A stretch of 64,000 nt of DNA from Octopus vulgaris (GCA_951406725.2 OX597823.1:48236001-48300000), one strand, 5' to 3'; numbered from the stretch's first letter, positions 12,121 through 26,375 are shown. Program-made: numbers and translations. Notes: generated by a model from the letters alone, not told the origin.

Positions 12121-12650
12121 AGAAATAAGAACCCACAGTATAGTAGAAACCATAGTCACTCATTATGAAAAGGAGTACTGGTGGAAAATCTCAGTGAAAA
12201 CCTCAATAAAATGTAAACATAATAGATCTGACATAGTGATTTGTGATGGGAATAAAAAACTGTATAGTTATGGAAATCAGCTGCCCAGTGGATGTTAACA
12301 TAAAGCTAAAGATCAACACAAAAGAAAATACCTATGCTGAACTACTGAGAAATCTACAGTTTTTCTATGCAGATTAAAAGTTCAGGTATATATCTGTAAT
12401 TATTGGGGCACTGGGATAAGTAACCTACTGCCTAAATAACAATCTTGAGAAATTAGGCTTCTCAAAACCAGAAAGGAGAAAGCTGATTTGAAGACTACAG
12501 ATCCAAGTCATCACTATAACTGTAAAAATCTGTAAAACTTTGCAAAAGTTTACCATTCAAATATATATGAACATGTCTAGACATGCAACAATATGCATGA
12601 GAATACATACATAAAACAAAACATATAAATTTGTATGTATACAAACATTG

Positions 12651-12681
<31 letters not shown>

Positions 12682-12821
12682 CATACATACATACATACAT
12701 ACGTACATACATACAAAATACCCTGTTGATGTTGAATTTCCAATGAAGGAGTCTTGTATCTAGGTTAGAAACTGGTTCTTTCTCTGTTGGCAAGAAATCT
12801 TGAAATAAAACTGAATAATGA
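12121..12821 (+). mobile_element. R4/Dong-like non-LTR retrotransposon 3' end with restriction-like endonuclease remnant
   Basis: Frameshifted peptide EYWWKISVKTSIKCKHNRSDIVI...MEISCPVDVNIKLKINTKENTYAEL...VIIGALG matches the RLE pattern HNRPD...D/ExxxP...KxxKY...GALG; 3' UTR recurs at 23509-23745 (-) and 59750-59856 (+). Confidence 0.75.
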
Positions 12822-12972
12822 CATACGTATATAAATGTATGTTGATTTCCCCTTCTTTTCAGAAGAATGCCATTCCTTCATTGAACCTTGCACAACCATG
12901 TGCATGCTGGTGACTCCTCAGTTCAGTTTCCATTCTGCAAGCACCATAACAGATTAATATTTGAAGTATTTC

Positions 12973-13240
12973 AAGGTGGTGAGCTGGCAGAAACGTTAAC
13001 ACACCGAGTTCAAATTCTACTCAGGTTGACTTTGCCTTTCATCCTTTTGGAGTCGATAAATTAAGTATCAGTTGCGTACTGGGTCGATCTCATCGACTGG
13101 CCCCCTTCCCAAAAATTTCAGGCCTTGTGCCTAGAGTAGAAAAGAATATATTTAATTCCACCAAGGTCGACTTTACCTTTCATCCTTTTGAGGTCAATAA
13201 ATTAAGTGCCAGTTGCGTAGTTCTGACTAGTGTAGAAAAG
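12973..13240 (+). mobile_element. SINE family 3 (Meta-domain-like), partial tandem dimer with TSD
   Basis: GAGTTCAAATTC box then GACTTTGCCTTTCATCCTTTTGGAGTCGATAAATTAAGT twice; 17-bp TSD aatatttgaagtatttc at 12956-12972 and 13241-13257. Confidence 0.85.
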
Positions 13241-13372
13241 AATATTTGAAGTATTTCTCTCCTGAGTTGTTACTGGATGTATCGTACCATGCCTGGTCAG
13301 ACCACCAGCTGACTTGCAAATTAAGTGACACTCATTATAAATGTGTCACAGAGGATATGATACCAGAACCAT

Positions 13373-13803
13373 TTAAAATCTTTGGCATTTAAACCATCTA
13401 TATCTGGCCAAAATATTCTGCCTGGTTTATGTTCAAATAGGACAGATCCAGCCTCTCTACAATATTACCCTACAATATTATTCTAAGAATAAGCAATTAT
13501 GTCATTGAATTCTCAAAGCTACAAGGTTATGCATGATTAAATCAAATTAATGTGAATAAATAAACATTACATCTGACAGAAAAATCTGAATGTTAAAAGG
13601 TTAAACCAGCTGTTTCTGACCCAAATAATCTGCCTGTTTTATGTCCAAACTGATCAGATCCAGCCTCTCACACTGACCCTAAGAAGGAACAGACACATCC
13701 ACAAATTCTTGAAGCTGTTGAGATAATGTTTGATTAATTCTAAACAGTGTGAATAAGCAAGCATTACATCAGACAGAGTAGTATGAATTTAAAAAAGGGT
13801 TAA
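13373..13803 (+). mobile_element. Two joined piggyBac-type MITE copies
   Basis: Two ~200-bp homologous units ending aaggTTAA (13601-13604) and aagggTTAA (13800-13803); homologue at 47262-47462. Confidence 0.65.
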
Positions 13804-14049
13804 AAGTTGCTTGATTTCTCCCAGGTTCTTGTGAGATTATCTGGTTGTCTAATCCAGCTCTTGACAGAAGAAATCATCCATATACACTGCACATACCTCA
13901 ATTCCATTTGGACTTATGCAGGCACTGCACTTGAGTCTTACTTACAGAGTGAACACTTCAGAGCCGCATGCTCCACAAACTATTATTCCTAGACTTTGCA
14001 CCTATCCTTTAAAATCTTTATCCCTAGTGCACAGTTTTCTGCCAATGTG

Positions 14050-14222
14050 ACCCCAGCTATCCACATCTATCACCAAAGCAGAAAGATTACATTTTATAAT
14101 ACCCTGAAATTGCTTCCTGGTTTATGCTGTGGCCTTTTCCCTTTTGTCAGATCCCCATTAAAAAAATATGCTTAGGCATCCTTCCATCTTCCATTCTCAC
14201 ACTATGACCAACATCTAGTTCA
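14050..14222 (-). mobile_element. RTE (BovB-like) LINE C-terminal remnant
   Basis: Minus peptide GHSVRMEDGRMPKH...GKRPQHKP. Confidence 0.55.
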
Positions 14223-14389
14223 AACATGCATATATGTCTACAGGAGATGTGGGTTCGAATCCCTGAGGCGACTTTTGACATTTTCTATTCAAAAGGGTTT
14301 TCCAGTCAAATATTTACAGGCTTTTATTTATATCTTTACACAAGAATAAGTATATATATATATCTATATATACACACATACATATATAC

Positions 14390-14540
14390 AACAGGCTTCT
14401 TGTAGTTTTTGTTTACCAACTTCACTTACAAGACATCAGTTGGCCTGGAGCTACAGAGAAAAACACTTGCTCAGAGCGATGTGCAGTGGAACTGAACTCA
14501 AAGCCAAGTGGTTACACAAACATTTTAACCACACAGCCAT
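14390..14540 (-). mobile_element. SINE family 2 head
   Basis: Homologous to the 50748-50890 head (TGGCTGTGTGGTT...GAGTTCAGTTCCACTGC...GCAAGTGT). Confidence 0.75.
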
Positions 14541-14799
14541 ATATTCAACACCCCACAACCAACAACAATTTAAGTCCAATGATTCTAACCTAGAATAGAA
14601 GAGACAATAACACCATTTACAGTGCCTAAACCAGACTATGACACAAAAGCTATTACTAAAATCATCTCATCCATAAAGAAAATATACAATATATAATCAT
14701 AAAGAAAATATACAGAAAAATGAAAATTCCTGGCTAAAACAATTATAACTGAAGAATAGATATGCTTTTAATTATACATATTTAAAACAAAACACATTG

Positions 14800-15010
14800 A
14801 TGTTTAGCTACAGGTCAGTCCTGGTTAAGCTGAGCTTTGGTCAAAAGTTTTCCAGTCATGACCGTCTAATTTCTTTCCCAGATACAGTGTACTGTGCATC
14901 CAGGACTACTTCACCCAATGTACGCATCCCTAAGGTGGCAGGGTGCAATTTGTGAGAGATTTGGCTGCTACTTCTAGCAGATAGATTGACTACATAGAGG
15001 GCTTCCTTCA
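14800..15010 (-). mobile_element. Dispersed retroposon-like repeat (unassigned family)
   Basis: Motif gatttggctgctacttctagcag; decayed copies near 21.5, 31.5, 33.4, 34.7, 46.1 and 48.9 kb. Confidence 0.55.
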
Positions 15011-15291
15011 CTGGCTGTTTCATCAAAATACATATAGTGTGTGTGTGTGTGCATGTATGTGTGAATAATATATACATACACACATGTATATATTTATGGG
15101 TGTGTATATATATTATATACACACATATATGTACATATGTGTATATACATGCATACATGTGTGTGTGTGCTTGTGTGTATGTGTTCGTGTGTGTATGTGT
15201 GTGTGTATGTATGTTGTTATATTTGGGGATGGTCAAATAACCATATGCACTATACACTTGTTCTTCATTTCACCTTTATTATTATTTTTAT

Positions 15292-15341
<50 letters not shown>

Positions 15342-15346
15342 GTATG

Positions 15347-15399
<53 letters not shown>

Positions 15400-16659
15400 G
15401 TGCATGTACATATATGTGTGTGTGTGTATTTATGTGTGTATGCATGTATATAAAACTCATATAGTGTTACACAACATTAAACAGACGTACCAGGTATTAA
15501 ATAAAATACCAAAACCCATATAAAAAGAAACTATTCTCACCAGATTGTCCATGAAATTACTGAAAGACATCAAAGAATGGAACTAATCCGTTTAGTCATA
15601 GAACTGGTACCCCAAAGATTGGAGCGATTTTATTTCTCCAGTTACACAAATTACAAAGATGCTCTCTTTAATACTGCAATATTTCCTTAGAAATAGAGAA
15701 TGATCTTTCCCCTTGTAGTCTGATTACTGTATTGTTAGTATTCTTGTGTTAAATGAAATTGGCCTGGAGGTGGTTTAGATATCAATACAGACAGGTTGCT
15801 CTTGTCTTGTGAACATTGGCATCGGTTTGGGGGTGAAACATAGCATTGCATTTTGATAGAATACTTCCAGAAGCATTTAACCAAATAAAGGGATGAAAAG
15901 GAAGGCCAGAGCAACTGAATTCAAAATACAAGAATGATGATAATGATAAATAAATAAACTATAGAATGTTATAGAGAATTATATAGAATTATTGTTAAAC
16001 CAAACAAGTCGCTTTATTTATTTATTTATTTGTTTTCCTTTCTTCTTTTTTTCTTTTTTCTTTTCTATTTTTTCTTTTTTTTTTACTTTTTTTTCCTTCT
16101 GAGAATTAACATTTTGTAGCAAGTATCAGCCTTGCAAATGTCAATGTAGAATAACTGATTCTTTGAAAGATAAAAAGATAAAGGAGAAATAAATGGTGTG
16201 GCCGTGAAAAGTCTGTAATATCTTTTAGTTGAAATATCTTAACTCCTGAATGAAACGGAGAAATAGTGGGAAAGTTTACCATTTATTTTGTTATTTAAGT
16301 TTGGTCTAAACAACACAAATGATTATATTGTATTTAATACATAATGAACAATAAAGACATAGAAAAACAATTAAAGTAATTATATAACTCTACTCATTAT
16401 AAAACACACAAAGATTTATAGACATATGTAGTTTATATGTTGTTTAGAGATACAAATTCTTAGTATTTCTGAGCCATATATATATTTATATGTGTGTGTA
16501 TGTATGTGTGTGTGTATATATATATATATTTGTGTGTGTATTTGTGTGTATTTGTGTGTGTGTGTATTATATGTACAAGGGAATTAGTTTTAAATAAAAC
16601 AATATATGGATGCCCATATACATATGTACTTATATATCATATTTCATTGTCTGCTTTAT

Positions 16660-17345
16660 CTCATATCCAAGAACTTAGATTCTTCTTTGCTGAATGTTTC
16701 CTTTATGGTGATGCTGTTGATGACTCTGTAGACCAATTCTTGCATAAAAGAATTGATGGCACTGACTGCATGACAATTTTGGTGGAGGACGTGGTTGATT
16801 TTTGTCAAGCCTTTCTCTCCTGTCATTTGATTTCTTGGATTTTTATTTCTGGTGGCTTCAAAGTTTTTGTTTCCAATGGTGATGGATCACTGCCACTTGG
16901 TTCAGTCTTGTGCTTGTGTTTCAAATAATTCCAATGGTTTTCAGTGTTGATTTGAGTTGCTCCTTGTATCTTCAAAGAGGACATCCTCATGGATCTTTTC
17001 CCTGAAGTGAGATCACTGAATAAAACCTGGCATGGGAACCTTGATGCTTCCATTCTTGCTACATGTCCTAACCATTGAAGACAGAGTTTCATGATCAGCA
17101 ATTCATAGTTTGACTTTTGGCTCTTCCCAATTCTCTACTGTTGGTCACATAGTGTTCTCATTTGATGCTCAAGATAGAATGAAGCTTTTGTTGGAGAAGG
17201 CGTTTTAATCTTTGGATGTCATGACAATACAGAATCAAGGTTTTATGGCCATGTAGCAAGGTTGAAATGACAGCAGCATTATAGACCACCATAATTTTCA
17301 TCATTAAGTTAAGATCTTTGTTGTTGAAGATGTGTTTCATTAGCA
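16660..17345 (-). pseudogene. RTE/BovB-like reverse transcriptase C-terminal remnant
   Basis: KIMVVYNAAVISTLLHG...LQQKLHSILSIK and LQWLGHVARMEASRFPCQVLFSDLTSGKRS match RTE K.xVY.A.V..TLLYG and LRWLGHV.RM motifs. Confidence 0.85.
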
Positions 17346-18030
17346 TATGTATATATGTATGTACAATATATATATGTATTTATATAAATATATGTATTTA
17401 TATATATATATATATAGATAGATAGATAGATAGATAGATATATGTATGTATATATATATATATATATATATGTACATGTATGCACATGAATGTAATTATT
17501 TCTCTTCCTCTCTCCTCTCCTTGTATATATATGTATATATATGTATATATATACAATTGCACTCATACATACATCATTTCAGGCATCCACGCATTGTTTT
17601 ATAAAAAGAAAAATGCACGACTATATTTCTATAAAGATATGTTGTTTGCATTTACATGATAATGCCAAAAAGAATTTATAAATGTCCATCAATCAAAAGT
17701 AAAATTGATAAAAATCCACTACTCTAAAACCTTAACTTGTTAAAAACATAAAAGACCCATGTCAATACACTGCATGTCTAATTTTCTCAAAGACATTTTC
17801 TAAGTGGGATGAACAATGTTAGAGCTGTTGTAAACAGAGAAGAAACACAAATGATAATAAAAATGATGATGATGATAAAAATAATAATAATAATAATATT
17901 AATAATAATAATAATAACAACATATATTGGGAAACAGTTTTTAAAGGTAGTGGAGTTTACAGAGAGTCTCTCTCTGTCTTTTTCTTTTTATCTCTCTGTC
18001 TCTGTCTCTCTCTTTCTCTCTTCCTCTCTC

Positions 18031-18091
<61 letters not shown>

Positions 18092-18559
18092 ATTTCGTTT
18101 TCGCTCTACATTCTTAAATTCTGCAAAAACTTCATATTAGATAGTACATCTGTAAATTATGATATAAATATAAATTACTTGTCAAAAATATTACCAGTAA
18201 ACGATGTATTCTCCATTATCTGGAGAAAGAATTTTTGTTGAGTTGCATGAGTAAGCTAATCAACACTAATTTACCAAACTATGGTACACTAGTAATTATT
18301 TAGAAAGGAAATAGATGTTAGGTGCAGTGAGTTCATTAATATTTAGCTAGTTTTCTAGCGACAGTCATTCTGTTTATGGTGGGCAAATCAGCAGGCATCT
18401 GCAAATGTTATGTCAAGTATTCTGTCTAGTCTATTGCATGCCTAGAGGTTCTGAGTGTGATTATAGGGGATCTAATTGATTACATATGATTTATTGTAGA
18501 TGGTTTGTCATCAAACATAGAAGCTATATCTAGAGTAACAGTCGATGTTCTGAATATTT

Positions 18560-19145
18560 CAAGTGGTGTTGGTGTCACGTAAAAAGCACTGTTGCTGGTA
18601 CCATGTAAAAAAATACTGGCTCTGGTGCCGTGTAAAAAGCATGGGTGTCGGTACCACATAAAAAATACTGGTGCTGGTACTATGTACAAAAAGTACTAGC
18701 TGGTACCATGTAAAAAGCACTGGTGATGATTCCACTCAAATAACTCTGGCACTGGTGCTATGTAAAAAGCACTGGTGCTGGTGCCATGTAAAAAGCACTG
18801 GTGATAGTGCCACGTAAAAAGTATTAGTGCTAGTGCCATATAAAAAAACTGGTGCTGGTACCACATAAAAAGCACTGCTGCTGGGGCCATGTAAAAAACA
18901 CTGGTGCTGGTACCACATACAAAAAAAAAAAAACACTGGTGCTAGTACTATATGAAAAGCACTATGTTGGTGTCATGTAAAATGCACCCAGTACACTCTG
19001 TAAAGTGGTAGGTGTCAGGAAGGGAATCCAGTCATAGAAAACATGCCAAAACAAACAATGGAGCTTGGTGGGGCTTCCAGCCTCACCAGCCCCTGTCAAA
19101 CAATCCAACCAATGTCAACATGAAAAATGGATGTTAAAAGATGAC

Positions 19146-19160
<15 letters not shown>
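18560..19160 (+). mobile_element. RTE LINE 3' UTR with ~30-bp tandem units
   Basis: Repeated ggtgctggtaccatgtaaaaagcact, then the conserved tail caacccatg...aaaatggatgttaaaagatgatgat. Confidence 0.8.
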
Positions 19161-19183
<23 letters not shown>

Positions 19184-19618
19184 GTATGTGTTTTGCATTT
19201 GTTTGAGTTGGATGGAAAATGACAATTGATTTCTAGATTGAACTAATATTTTCTTTTTAAAAAACATTACTAGTTTTGCCTCACTTCTCAATTTAAAAGA
19301 GATTGTAAATATTTCTATGCCAAATAAGGATCCATTTTTATCATTGTTGTCCACATTTTTCATGCTTGTATGAGTTGACTGAGACTTACTGATGTTGATC
19401 TTTACTTATATTCGAGAAAGGTGCTCCATTTCAACTATCTCCACGTCAGATCACTGCTGCCAAATGTTTTGTTTAGTGGATATATATATATATATATATA
19501 AATATATATATGTACAATGCCATTGTTGCTGAAACTGTATGTAAGTGAAGATTGCAGATGCAGACACATACACACACACATATATATATATACTTATGTA
19601 TGTATGCTTGTGTGTGTG

Positions 19619-19649
<31 letters not shown>

Positions 19650-19889
19650 ATGTCTGTCTGTATGTATGTATGTATGCATGGACATGTCTGTCTAGATAAG
19701 GCAGAACACAGCAGTCATCAGAGAAGCTACAGACACAGAGAAGCTGTTATCTATGCATTATGCAGCATCTCTATTTGTAGGTAACGAAGAAAAGAACATG
19801 TATCAGGAGGTGAATTGAAATGTCGCATGACGGTTCACCAAAACAATGGTGTAACACCTACTGCAAGAGGTGCCCATCTTTAAGCCAAG

Positions 19890-20240
19890 AGAAATTGTCA
19901 TTGTGGCTGTTGCCGGTGTCATGTAAATGGCACCCATGAAGTCGTAGTCATCGCCATTGCCGATTGCATGATCTTTCAAATGTTAGGCCTCACAGAGGCG
20001 ATGACAAGTGACTGAGGCCTTTGGCAATGTTGTGCTGAGAAGACTTGTCAAACCAAGTGAAATTGTAGTCATGAGTTGTGGCCATTGCTGGTGTCATGTA
20101 AATGGCACCTCTACCAGTGGCACTTAAAAGAACCCATTACACTCTCTGGCATTAGAAAGGGTTTCCAGCTGTAGAAATCATGCCAATTCAAACTGGAACC
20201 TGGTCAGCTCCTTGGCTTACCAGTTGCAGTTTTGTACCTT
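19890..20240 (+). mobile_element. Decayed RTE LINE 3' UTR
   Basis: gtcaaaccaagt...ggcattagaaagggtttccagctgtagaaa homologous to other copies. Confidence 0.65.
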
Positions 20241-20487
20241 AGTAGAAATGATTGCACTGATTTTTATGCTTTTTAAAGTTCATTAAATATTTTCCCCTCT
20301 TTTGTTCACTGATAAGCAATATTGATGAGTAGGTAATCAAAAAAGTGCTGGTGAGGTTTTTTGTTATACAGTAGTTGAACATAGTAATATCTGGTGAAGA
20401 ATTCTTAATGTTAGCTGGGTTAGACATGCGGGTGTGTTAGTGTGGATTGTTAAGGATATAAAAGGAGTTTAATTGTGATGATATTAA

Positions 20488-20716
20488 CCCTTTCATTACC
20501 ATATTTATTTTGAGATGCTGTCTTTCTTTCAATTAATTTTAAATATAACAAAGAATTTACTAAAATAACTTAGTTATCGTTAGGAACATAAATTGTGATT
20601 AAGGATTGGTGGAAGATTTTAATTTAAAATTTAGGAAAAGATTTTAATTTAAAATTTAGGAAAACATTTGTACTACAAAGCCAGAGGCGGTTTCAGCCGG
20701 GTTGGTATCAAAAGGG
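20488..20716 (+). mobile_element. piggyBac-type MITE
   Basis: TTAA-ccctttc...aaaggg-TTAG; homologue 47042-47257; carries an internal 26-bp tandem duplication. Confidence 0.75.
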
Positions 20717-22004
20717 TTAGGTCCCCTTTTTTTTTTATCTATCTTTATCTTAGGAATGTCTTGCAAGCCTGAAAGTCTCCAATAAAAATGCTTCAGCATG
20801 TGTATTGCAGCCTAGTGCTTTTTATGTTTATGTTTATGTTGTATGTTTTATGATGCTTGTATCTTTAGTGTATTGTTGTAACTTATAAGAGTACAATTTG
20901 TGGTGAGCACTGGATTCATGATTTAACAATGTTCCTGCTATAGTTTTTCACTTCCTTTATTTATATGGATATAATTGAGGATTCAAAGTATTTTGTATTT
21001 GGGTTGCAGTTTTATCTCTTGTATTCTTGCAAATTCAATATGTGTTTGATAAACCGTTTCATAACGATGCCTTTACACTACCAGAGTAATTTAACTGCAT
21101 GCTTAACTATTTCATATTATGACTGTACGGTACGGTACAAAGAGATAACCTTTAGTAGTTATTCAGCATTTTTTATGTGTGGTACTTGATTTTTGGTGAT
21201 GCTTATTTTTATTACTGTCACTCTGTGTGCAAAGAGATTGTTTTTAGAGCCAGGAATTTAGTACAATGATGGTGACATTCCTGGTTTTCTATATTATGTT
21301 ATTCACAACATGTTTAAATATCTTTTGGGGATTTTGCATTATCTGTAAATTTTGACTTTGATTGCGTCTATCTTTTAGGTGTTCTCTTTGTCTGCTTTGC
21401 TCAGAGACTTAGATTTCAAATTCTATTTGTTTTCATCAGTTGCTTTTTAGCCTCAAACCAGCTCCAGTGAAACCAACTAGTAATTAAAATCATACCAGTT
21501 GGCCAGCTCGCCTTTTAGGTATATCTAGGACTACACTAGCTGAATGTCCTGTTTGTTTTTACAATGGTGGAGTGTGAACTAAAGGAGTTTAGGGTGGTAT
21601 TTCTTTTAACAAGTTGAGTTTCTATGTAGATAAATAAAAAAATGTGTGCATTTTGTTCCAACTTTCTGTGTATATTTTTTGGTGTCTAATTCTGGGACAA
21701 TATTTGGTGAGAGGTGGTGGATTGCTTACTGTTGAAATAATCATCGTTTGACTGGTGATCTGATCATGATCATCCCAGCCTTGTTTCTTGCATAGTGTAT
21801 CTAGGAATACATTATGCAGTGTATTTTGCCATTTTTCAAAGATTGCAGGTTTATTTTTGAAAGAGAATTAGCTGCCAGTCCTTGTAAACTGAGAAATTGC
21901 ATTGAATTTCCCAAGTGTCTTTTAATATTCAAAGTTGAGGGCACAGTAATTGCTTTCTCAAGGGAATTAGCAACATAACTGATTCCCTCTCTCTCTCTTT
22001 CTCC

Positions 22005-22057
<53 letters not shown>

Positions 22058-22439
22058 GCTCTCTCTCTTTCATGTTCTCCTTCAGTCATAGTGGTTCTTA
22101 AATCTTGTGCTTTCAAAGGTGTCTCGAAGAGTGCTGGTTCCACAAAGAAAAGCTTCAAAGACACTCTGTAATATTTGGCAATAGGAAAGATGTCCAGTCA
22201 CAAAAAAAAAACATGTCAAAACTGAGACACAAGAATATGGTACAACATAGCCCTCTATCTTATTGGATCTTGAATCATCCAACACATGCCATCTCTGACT
22301 ATGGTACTACTTACTAAGCTGTAGTAATCATATGAAAGCAAAACTGTACATATTTTATCTTTCTTTTGAGCTACTAACTAGTCCTCTCCTTGGAACTACT
22401 ACTTTGTGTTACCTGCCCCACATTCTTAATATCATCCCT

Positions 22440-22580
22440 TACTATTCTGCCAAGGTCAGCTTTGGCTTTCATCCTTCCAGGGGTCAATGAGAGTACCTGT
22501 TGAGCACTGGAGGTTGATGTAATCAATTTAGTCCCTTCACCTGAAACTTCTGAACCTGTGCCAAATTTTGAAACCCATAT
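22440..22580 (+). mobile_element. SINE family 3 (Meta-domain-like) fragment
   Basis: ccaaggtcagctttggctttcatccttccaggggtcaat. Confidence 0.65.
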
Positions 22581-23406
22581 TATCACTTACTACTTTGCCG
22601 AAAAGTTCTTTCACTTTCCATATCTGCTTCTGATTCACTCCCCCACCTTTGTTTGTCACTCACTATTTCCCTCCCTACATACCTCTCACTTCAGCTTCTG
22701 TCATGTGCATCTCTCTCTTTCTCTCTTTCCCTCTCCTCCCCCACCATTCATACTTCGTGTCATCTCTCTATTCCTCATCTGACTTTGCTTGTATTGTTGC
22801 TCTCCACTCCACCTTTCTTTGTACTGATTCCTACTCCTACTCCTCCTCTTCCTCCTTCTTGATTCACATCATCGACCACATCTTCACCTGTGCTCCTGAT
22901 TTACTGCTTTCACTTCTATCCCCATCTCTAACCATCTGTCACTCTCCTATCACACTCCCACGAACTTACCTGCCCACTCACCCTTTTCTGGGCACCAGAA
23001 AAACCAAATTCAGATATAAATAGTACTGCTGATGACGACAATACACACACACACACACACACACAAACACACATACACACATATATATGTATGTATGTAT
23101 GTTTATATGAATGCATGTATGAATGTAAAATTGTATGGACATATGTATGCATGTATGTATGTATGTATGAACGAAAGTACATATATATGTATATTTAAAA
23201 TAATAAAAGTGAAAAATTGAATATTAATTTGATTAATATTAATTTAAAACCAGTGGGCTAACATTTTATGTATATATGTATATATATATATGCATACATA
23301 TGTATGTATGTACGTATGTACATATGTACTTATGTATGTATGTTTGTATGTATGAATGTATACATATATGAATGTATGCACGTATGTATGTATGTATGTA
23401 TGTATG

Positions 23407-23437
<31 letters not shown>

Positions 23438-23508
23438 GTACATATGTATGTATGTATGTACATACTTATGTATATATGCACATGTGTGTGTATGTACATG
23501 TGTGTATA

Positions 23509-23745
23509 TCATTATTCAGTTTATTTCAAGATTTCTTGCCTATAGAGAAAGAACTGGTTTCTAACCTAGATTCAAGGTTCTGTCATTTGAATTTCAACAT
23601 CAATAACAGAGTATTTTGTTTGTATGTATGTATATATGTATGTATGTATGTGTGCATGTGCAAATATGTATGTTTTATGTTTGTATACTCATGCATATAG
23701 TTGCATATCTAGACATGCTCATATATATATTTAAATGATAAACTT
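23509..23745 (-). mobile_element. R4/Dong-like 3' UTR copy embedded in (TATG)n
   Basis: Reverse complement of 12545-12821; flanked on both sides by (TATG)n. Confidence 0.8.
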
Positions 23746-23888
23746 GTATGTATGAATGTATGTATATATGTATGTATGTAGGTATATATGTAATACATAT
23801 GTATGTATGAATGTATGTATGAATGTATGTATGTATGAATGTATGTATGTATGAATGTATGTATGTATGTACATATGTATGTACGTAC

Positions 23889-23919
<31 letters not shown>

Positions 23920-24004
23920 TGTATGTATCTATGTATCTATGTATGTATGTATGCATGTATGTGTGTATGTATGTGTGTATGTATGTCTGTATGTATGTGT
24001 GCAG

Positions 24005-24470
24005 AAGCACATGACTTAATCTTTAAGGTATAGCACTCATGATCACAAGATCGTGGTTTTGCTTCCCAGGCTAGCAGTGCATTATGTTCTTGAGCAAAAT
24101 ACTTCATTTCATGTCAGACCAGCTATAAATCAGTAGCCCTATGTCAACATGAAGTTACAATAGAAGGCACCTACTAAACTCCGTCAATTACGACATCGAA
24201 GGTTCCAGTTGATCCAATCAGCGGAACAGCCTGTACATGAAATTAACACATGTGCCCCTAATGTGGCTCTCAGGGAGATTCAGCATGACACAGAGTGTGA
24301 CAAGGCTGGCCCTTTGAAATACAGGTACTATTCAATTTTGCTAACTGAGTGGACAGGAGCACTGTGAAATAAAGTGTCTTGTTCAAGGACACAATGCATT
24401 GCCAGGAATTGAACTCATAACCTTATGATTGTGAGCCGAATACCCTAACCACTAAGCCATCTGCCTTCAC
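24005..24470. mobile_element. Two family-1 SINEs tail-to-tail (+ 24005-24140; - 24180-24470)
   Basis: ttcttgagcaaaatacttcatttc on plus; gaaataaagtgtcttgttcaaggacac and ccctaaccactaagccat for the minus copy. Confidence 0.75.
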
Positions 24471-25319
24471 AAAAGACTCCTACAGTAGGATCAAACCCAG
24501 ACATCTAGAACCGTATACTTGCAGAGCTTTGTGGGAATGATTTTAGTGTTTCACATCACCAATTCTGAACTCTTTCACCATTGTTACAAACAGTGTACGT
24601 TACAAATCTCATTGAAAATTTCTTTGAGAGTGTGGTACCAAATGTTGAATGATTGCTGTTCATTGTAAATCTTTTATTATTGAAATTAAGCCTTGCTTCC
24701 TCTTTCACTGACCATTTCCACATCTCACTTTTATTCTTATCTCTCTCTCACTTTCTCTTATTCTCTTTCTCTCTCTCTCTCTCCCTCTCTCTCTCTCTCT
24801 CTCACTGTCTTTCAATTTCTCTTGCAATCTCTTTCAGCCTCTTATTCTTTCATTCTCTCCTTACTCCTACCTTACTTTCTCAATTTCCATATTCAGACCA
24901 TTCATTCTAACAGCTTTCATTCTTAAAATTCAGGTAAAATTTTCATGAAGATTCAAAAGAATTATTCTTAAGAGAAATCTCCTAAGCCATTCTCCTGAGA
25001 TCATATGTTGGCAAGAAACACTGTTCCAACAGTTCACAGAGATGAATTATAACGGCGAAAACTAACTGCAAGTCAAAGTACGAATTAAAGTACAGGTGGA
25101 CTGAAGAGAAGCTATAGAGGGAGTAGGGTATGGAGGGTAGGGAAGAATGCCTGAAGGAAAGAAACAGAAATGTCAACTTAGATTTACATCAATGACAAGA
25201 CAAGAACAAATGTTACCCTATGAAGATGTTCCTGCCAGAGTGTGACATTTACTTATTGCTGTAGACAAAAATAAATATAGAGAAAACTCCTAGGGCTACC
25301 AAATTTTTCAAAAAATGTG

Positions 25320-25710
25320 TCATATATATATACATATACATATATATATATGTGTGTGTGTGTACATGCATGTGTGCATGCATGTGTGTGTGTGTATATG
25401 TGTGTGTGTATGTGTGTATATATGTATGTATATGTATATATATATATATATATATATGCATATGTTTATATATATGTATATATATGTATGTGTATATATA
25501 TATGTGTGTATATATATATCTATAATATTTGATATGTATAATATATATATACAATGTGTATATTGTATATTATATATATACTTATATAAATATATATATA
25601 TACACATATATACATATCACCTATGTATATATGTGTGTGTATATATATAGAGAGAGAGAAAGAAAGAAAGAGAGATAGATAGATAGATATAGATATACTT
25701 ATGTATATAT

Positions 25711-25754
<44 letters not shown>

Positions 25755-26343
25755 ATAAATGCATCAACATAGATATATACATACAAATATGCATACATAT
25801 ATATAACCGCATATTTGTATGTATGTATGTATGTATGTATGTATCTATCTATATATATGTGTGTGTGTATATACATATATACATACATATATACATATAT
25901 ATATACACACACGCACACACATATATATATATGTGCGTGTATGTATGTCAGTGTGATTGTATGTGTGTTTGTGTATGCATGCATGCATGCATGGATGAAT
26001 AAGCACATATACAAAAATTTGGACTTCATATCCATATCTTTACTATTTTGTTTTACTTAGCTTTGCGCACTTCTACTGTCATGACCATTTAGTTGCGGCA
26101 CATGCACACACACACACACACAGACACACACACACACACACACACGCACACTCATACACACACGCACATGCATGCATATATGCCTTTACACATACATTCA
26201 TACACGCATGTCATAAAAGCTTGTCGAGAGCACTTTTATGCTTTTGCATAACGAAACAGGCAATCACTATATTGTAAGGATAACTAGCTACACATATACA
26301 TGTATGTGTGGTATGCACAAATGTGTGTATGTATCTCTCTCTC

Positions 26344-26375
<32 letters not shown>

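Noticed and set aside
14245-14290. tRNA-like GGTTCGAATCCC
   Set aside because: Only a B box/T arm; no D arm or acceptor stem, so probably a truncated SINE rather than a tRNA gene
20240-21420. Possible old PLE remnant on minus (LSKADKEN resembling the DKG motif)
   Set aside because: Too decayed; no further RT motifs confidently recovered
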